Positions 59,936 through 64,000 of a stretch of 64,000 nt of DNA are shown here, piece by piece. The stretch spans positions 5,120,001 through 5,184,000 of the forward strand of contig OZ244999.1 of NCBI GenBank assembly GCA_965223265.1, written 5' to 3'. Each line of letters starts with the position of its first letter. The first letter of the stretch is position 1. The notes below the pieces were generated by a model, which was given only the letters and a program-made list of their open reading frames with translations, did not search any database and had not been told where the DNA came from. The position numbers and the translations under genes were made by a program. The DNA is from Planctomycetota bacterium. GTDB taxonomy: Bacteria > Planctomycetota > UBA8108 > SXIK01.

Positions 59936-61618
59936 ATGCGACAAATCGCAACCGCTCGCCCTGAACTCTTCGCTCTCGTGATCGCAGCGCTTCTTGCGCA
60001 CGACCGCAGCGACGTCGGCGCACAAACAGCGAGCGCGCCGCCATCGGCAGCGACGACACCACCTACCTATCGGATCATCTACAACTGGGATGGCGCACCT
60101 CACGGTTACTCGCCGCATCCACAGACGCTCGAGCAGTTCCTCGACAAGACGTTCGCGCCACTCAAGGACACTCAGGTGGACGCGCTCTTTTGGTGCGTCG
60201 GCGAGCACGAGGCAACCTGGCAGCCGACGGAACTCGAGTTCGTCGCCGACGGCGTCAAGGGTAAGTATCGCTCGGTTCGCTCCATGACGCACCATGAGAA
60301 CATCCGCTCGCTGCTAGCGCGCGGCGAGAACCCTTACCAGGCGATGGTCGCGCGTGGCAAACAGCTGGGAATCGACGTTTTCTTGTCGATTCGTATGAAC
60401 GACAACCACTTCAGCGGATTGCAAGTGGACGAGATGGCATCGACGGAGATGATCGGGCTCACGCGTCTGCGCAAGGACCACCCCGAGTGGTGCCTCGGTG
60501 CCGACAAGGCGCCGAAGTGGTTCGCTCTCTCATGGAACATGGCGGTCCCGGAGGTGCGCGAGCACCGCTTCAAGTACATTCAAGAGGCTCTGGCGCAGGC
60601 GGAATGGGATGGGATTGAGCTCGACTGGCAGCGCCATGCGTTTCATCTGCCGGCGGATGACGCTTCGCGCCTCAGCTATACACTCACCGACCTGCAGCGC
60701 GCAGTGCGAAAGCACACCGAAGAGCTCGCGCGAAAGCGTGGTCGCCCGTTCTTCGTTGCCGTGCGCGTCGCCACGACACTCGAGGCATGTCGTCGCATCG
60801 GCTACGACCTGCCGGCGTGGGTCGGGGAAGACCTACTCGACATCTTGGTCGCCGGCGGCGGTGCCGGCACCGACCCAGGGGTCGAAGTCGAGGGGTTTCG
60901 CGATCTGATCGCCGGCACCGACATCCAATTCTATCCGGGATTCGACAGTGGTGCGTGGGGAGAACATCACGGACTCGAGCCGCACGCCGACTGGCAACGC
61001 GCGTCGTTTCGCGGCTGGGCGCAGGCGTATTGGCAGCGCGGCGCAGACGGCATCTACGTCTTCAATTGGCACGCCAACGAAAAGACGCGGCGTGATCTGC
61101 TGACGACGGTCGGCTCGTCCTCAACGCTGCGAGGCACCGACAAAGTCTATGCAACGCTGCACCGGACCGTGATCGGCCCGGAAGGCAACTGGGTTGGCGC
61201 TGATCTCAACGATCGCCTCTACGGTCAAACGCCCGTGGCGCTCTACCGCACGCTGACAGGTGATGGGCCAAGCTTTCTCGTCTCGGTGCACGATGACGTC
61301 GAACGCGAAGCCGGCGCCGGGCGTTTGCGGCGTTGTGAGCTAAGGATCGAGGTCGAACATTTTTCGCCGCGCGACCGCCTCGCGATCGCGCTCGACGGCA
61401 AGCTGCTCAGGGTACCTGAGGTACGCATGGTGAGAGGTTCTGGACCACTCGAACCTTCTGACGTGAGTGACAGTAGCTGGCTCGTTTGGTCGCTGCCGCC
61501 CGCTCGCCTGAGCCTCGGCCGGCACGTCGTCCAGGTGCGCCTTGCGGAACGTGACCCACGCTTGAAGCCACCTCCGATCGTGCGACACGTGGAAGTGCAT
61601 CTCGACTACGAGCGTTGA
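59936..61618 (+). CDS. Secreted GHL10-like TIM-barrel putative glycoside hydrolase
   Basis: IIYNWDG, FLSIRMND, HPEW, PEVREHRF, DGIELDWQR, GADGIYVFN. Confidence 0.75.
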   Translation: MRQIATARPELFALVIAALLAHDRSDVGAQTASAPPSAATTPPTYRIIYNWDGAPHGYSPHPQTLEQFLDKTFAPLKDTQVDALFWCVGEHEATWQPTELEFVADGVKGKYRSVRSMTHHENIRSLLARGENPYQAMVARGKQLGIDVFLSIRMNDNHFSGLQVDEMASTEMIGLTRLRKDHPEWCLGADKAPKWFALSWNMAVPEVREHRFKYIQEALAQAEWDGIELDWQRHAFHLPADDASRLSYTLTDLQRAVRKHTEELARKRGRPFFVAVRVATTLEACRRIGYDLPAWVGEDLLDILVAGGGAGTDPGVEVEGFRDLIAGTDIQFYPGFDSGAWGEHHGLEPHADWQRASFRGWAQAYWQRGADGIYVFNWHANEKTRRDLLTTVGSSSTLRGTDKVYATLHRTVIGPEGNWVGADLNDRLYGQTPVALYRTLTGDGPSFLVSVHDDVEREAGAGRLRRCELRIEVEHFSPRDRLAIALDGKLLRVPEVRMVRGSGPLEPSDVSDSSWLVWSLPPARLSLGRHVVQVRLAERDPRLKPPPIVRHVEVHLDYER

Positions 61619-61698
61619 GCTCCAGTCCAGACGAACTCATCGACAGGTTGGCTCCCCAGCTGCCCAAGGTGGCCGAGGCGAGGAGGCTCGACACGGCG

Positions 61699-64000
61699 TC
61701 ATTCATTCTGGTCGAGAATGTAAACCGCTCCGGCCCCCGGACAAGCAATCTCACCGCGACCGTCGCCGTCGAAGTCGGCGATGATCGCCCACGAAAGGGA
61801 CACGGGCGCCTCCCACATCACCGCACCGCTACCTTCACCGTCTGACGCAACGCAGAAGCGGTCGATCAGGAATTCGCCGCGGCCATCGCCGTCGACATCG
61901 GCGGCGAGAACCGGCCCCGAAACCGGCTGTGGCAAATCAAGCTCCCATTCGACTTCGCCGCTCCAAAAGTCCCGGCAGCGAAACCGAGTCGAGCGCTGGG
62001 CTGCGTACCCGACTTCGAGAATACCGTCGCCATCGATGTCTACGACTCCGACCTTCGCTGGCACATCGTAACCGAACTCTTCGACCCACAACGCCTCGGA
62101 AGTGCTCGGGCTCATGACACCGACAGGTCCGTGCGACCCCATGGGTACAAACCAGTGCGGCTCAGCGCTCTGCGGTGCGCGAAAGACCGGCACGAAGCTG
62201 TTTTGGAGATGCCCGACGGCGAGCGCGCCTTCGACCTGAATGTTGCGCGTGTGGCGGACGACGTCAAAACTGCCGTCGACGCCACTGAGCCACGCCATAT
62301 AGCTGTAGAGGTCCATGCCGATCTCGTCGATCCCATCCCCATCGACGTCGAACGCCGCCGGAATCGCGTGCGAGCGGTAAGGACGCGCCGTCACGCCTGT
62401 GCCGTAGAGCGTCTTGTGCCAGAGAATCTCTCCTGTGCGTCCGTCCAAACAGTACGTTGATTCCTCGAGGTAGCGCCGCTTGCTCACAGAGACAGCAATC
62501 GCCGTCTCGCGTCCGGGCAGAAAGTCGCCGGCGCTCCAGGCCACTACCGTCCCGCCCTCGCCGGTGGAGGTCGTCAACTCACTCTCCCACAATTGCGACC
62601 CGTCGGCACGATGCGCTCTGACGGCGAGAAAGCCGCGTTCAGTGCTTCCCGGCGCGATCAAGCAGCGCTTCGCGTCAGGTGCGAGGTCGTACACGAGAGG
62701 ACTCAATCGGTGTCGCGCGTCAGCGCCGCGAAACTCGAGGTCAAGGCGTTCTCTCGCTTCACCCGCGGCGGTGAAACCGAAGACCTTGACACGATCCCCA
62801 CTCGTCGTAGCAACGAGTTCGGCGCGCCCGTCCTGGTCGAAATCGACCGCACTCAGGCGCGGCTGGTGCCCGCCCGAGAGGTTCACACTCCACGTCTTGG
62901 CACCCGACCAGTCCCACGCCTCAAGTCGGCCGCCCTCGCTCGTCAGCAAGACAAGCTCCGGCCGCCCCCTCCGTCGCACGTACATGACGTCGAGAAGGCG
63001 CCGCCGAGTTAGTGTCTCGGCTCGCGTCTCCGCACGCAGAAACGCGCGTTCGCCACGAAAGGAATAACGCCGCAGCACACGAACACCGTCGGGATCGGAC
63101 TGCAGCAGAAAGAGTTCACGCTCGCGGTCGGGACGCCGGAACGCACCACCTGACGCAGTGACCAGCGGCCGCCACGGCGTCGCAGCGGGAAATTCAGCCA
63201 AAGTCTTCCACTCTTCGCCTTCGAGTCGCACGGCCTGAAGGTCGCCGCGCTCCGGCGTCGCGCCCTGCGGTGCGTCAGCGACATGTAGTACCCATGGGCG
63301 CGCCGCTCGCGGATGAAATGTCGCACCCAGACACCACTGGTCTTCTAACTCCGCGGTCACCTCGCCGGTTGCCGCATCCCGCACGCGGACGAACGAGCGG
63401 TAGTCGCGCGCTGGATCGCGCACGCTATAGACGATGTCGAGCCCACCGTCGCCGCTCAGGTCGTCGATGACAACGGGACTGATGTAAACGCCGTGAACAT
63501 CGAACACGTAGCCATAGTAGTTCCACCACGCGAGCTCGTTGTCACGGCCTGCGTGGAGCCGCAGGCCGTGAGCGTGGAGCTCGACACCGCTAGCAATGAG
63601 CCCAAGAATGCGGGCGCCGTCCACACTGCGTCCGACCGCCCAGGCACCGTAGTTCCGCCGCTGCGCGCCGTCAATCTTGTAGACCGCGGTGCTCAGCATC
63701 TCCCCCGTGCGAGCATCAAAACCGCGGCAGCGATGGTGGCGAACATTCCAGACGAGTGGACGATCCGGTTCGCTCGTATCGATGATGACATCGCTACCGT
63801 GATCGTATCTCTCCTGCCACTCGCCGGGGACAACGACCGTTTCGCTCCAAACAAACTGCGCTGCGCCCGAAGCCGGGAAGTGGAGCAGGTACCCCTTGTC
63901 GCCATTGTGCACGAAGACGACCGCCTCCGGACCGGGGCTCGCAGTCAACACGTCGGCGACGTCGACGCGCAGGCCCGCGTACGTCGGTTCGAACCGATGC
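61699..64000 (-). CDS. FG-GAP/VCBS-type beta-propeller protein (5' end outside the window)
   Basis: Repeated DxDGDGxxE motifs; the frame stays open from 63951 to the window edge. Confidence 0.82.
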   Translation of the reverse strand, partial: HRFEPTYAGLRVDVADVLTASPGPEAVVFVHNGDKGYLLHFPASGAAQFVWSETVVVPGEWQERYDHGSDVIIDTSEPDRPLVWNVRHHRCRGFDARTGEMLSTAVYKIDGAQRRNYGAWAVGRSVDGARILGLIASGVELHAHGLRLHAGRDNELAWWNYYGYVFDVHGVYISPVVIDDLSGDGGLDIVYSVRDPARDYRSFVRVRDAATGEVTAELEDQWCLGATFHPRAARPWVLHVADAPQGATPERGDLQAVRLEGEEWKTLAEFPAATPWRPLVTASGGAFRRPDRERELFLLQSDPDGVRVLRRYSFRGERAFLRAETRAETLTRRRLLDVMYVRRRGRPELVLLTSEGGRLEAWDWSGAKTWSVNLSGGHQPRLSAVDFDQDGRAELVATTSGDRVKVFGFTAAGEARERLDLEFRGADARHRLSPLVYDLAPDAKRCLIAPGSTERGFLAVRAHRADGSQLWESELTTSTGEGGTVVAWSAGDFLPGRETAIAVSVSKRRYLEESTYCLDGRTGEILWHKTLYGTGVTARPYRSHAIPAAFDVDGDGIDEIGMDLYSYMAWLSGVDGSFDVVRHTRNIQVEGALAVGHLQNSFVPVFRAPQSAEPHWFVPMGSHGPVGVMSPSTSEALWVEEFGYDVPAKVGVVDIDGDGILEVGYAAQRSTRFRCRDFWSGEVEWELDLPQPVSGPVLAADVDGDGRGEFLIDRFCVASDGEGSGAVMWEAPVSLSWAIIADFDGDGRGEIACPGAGAVYILDQNE

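Overview
GC-rich bacterial chromosome segment, very probably Planctomycetota (DUF1549/DUF1553 cytochrome-c protein next to DUF1501, sulfatase, Tat-signalled enzymes, dockerin-like Cys-rich tails, LRR protein). 1-18.9 kb is housekeeping: pssA, psd, eno, ftsB-like, orphan fliM, LysM protein, ruvB-tgt-yajC-secDF, Mdp-1 phosphatase, FlgN-like, tRNA-Arg(TCG), tRNA-Lys(CTT). From 19 kb on it is accessory: secreted beta-propeller/dockerin proteins, toxin-antitoxin-like pairs and catabolic enzymes. Best leads: (1) an unannotated 149-aa leader ORF between yajC and secDF with a signal/TM segment and a C-terminal RAP-RAPP motif, a candidate ribosome-arrest monitoring peptide; (2) a complete 4,065-bp five-gene transposon (Zn-finger/HTH, DDE transposase, ExeA-like ATPase, helical protein, stand-alone CHC2 Zn finger) with TG...CA ends, repeated end sites and a 6-bp target duplication, which splits a dockerin gene that can be rebuilt in frame; (3) four bipartite hexamer-repeat arrays, two of them flanking a four-helix-bundle (Avd/IVP-like) gene; (4) a three-copy ~178-bp MITE sitting right after stop codons. 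No CRISPR array, rRNA or reverse transcriptase was seen. All family assignments are by eye from motifs, without database searches.
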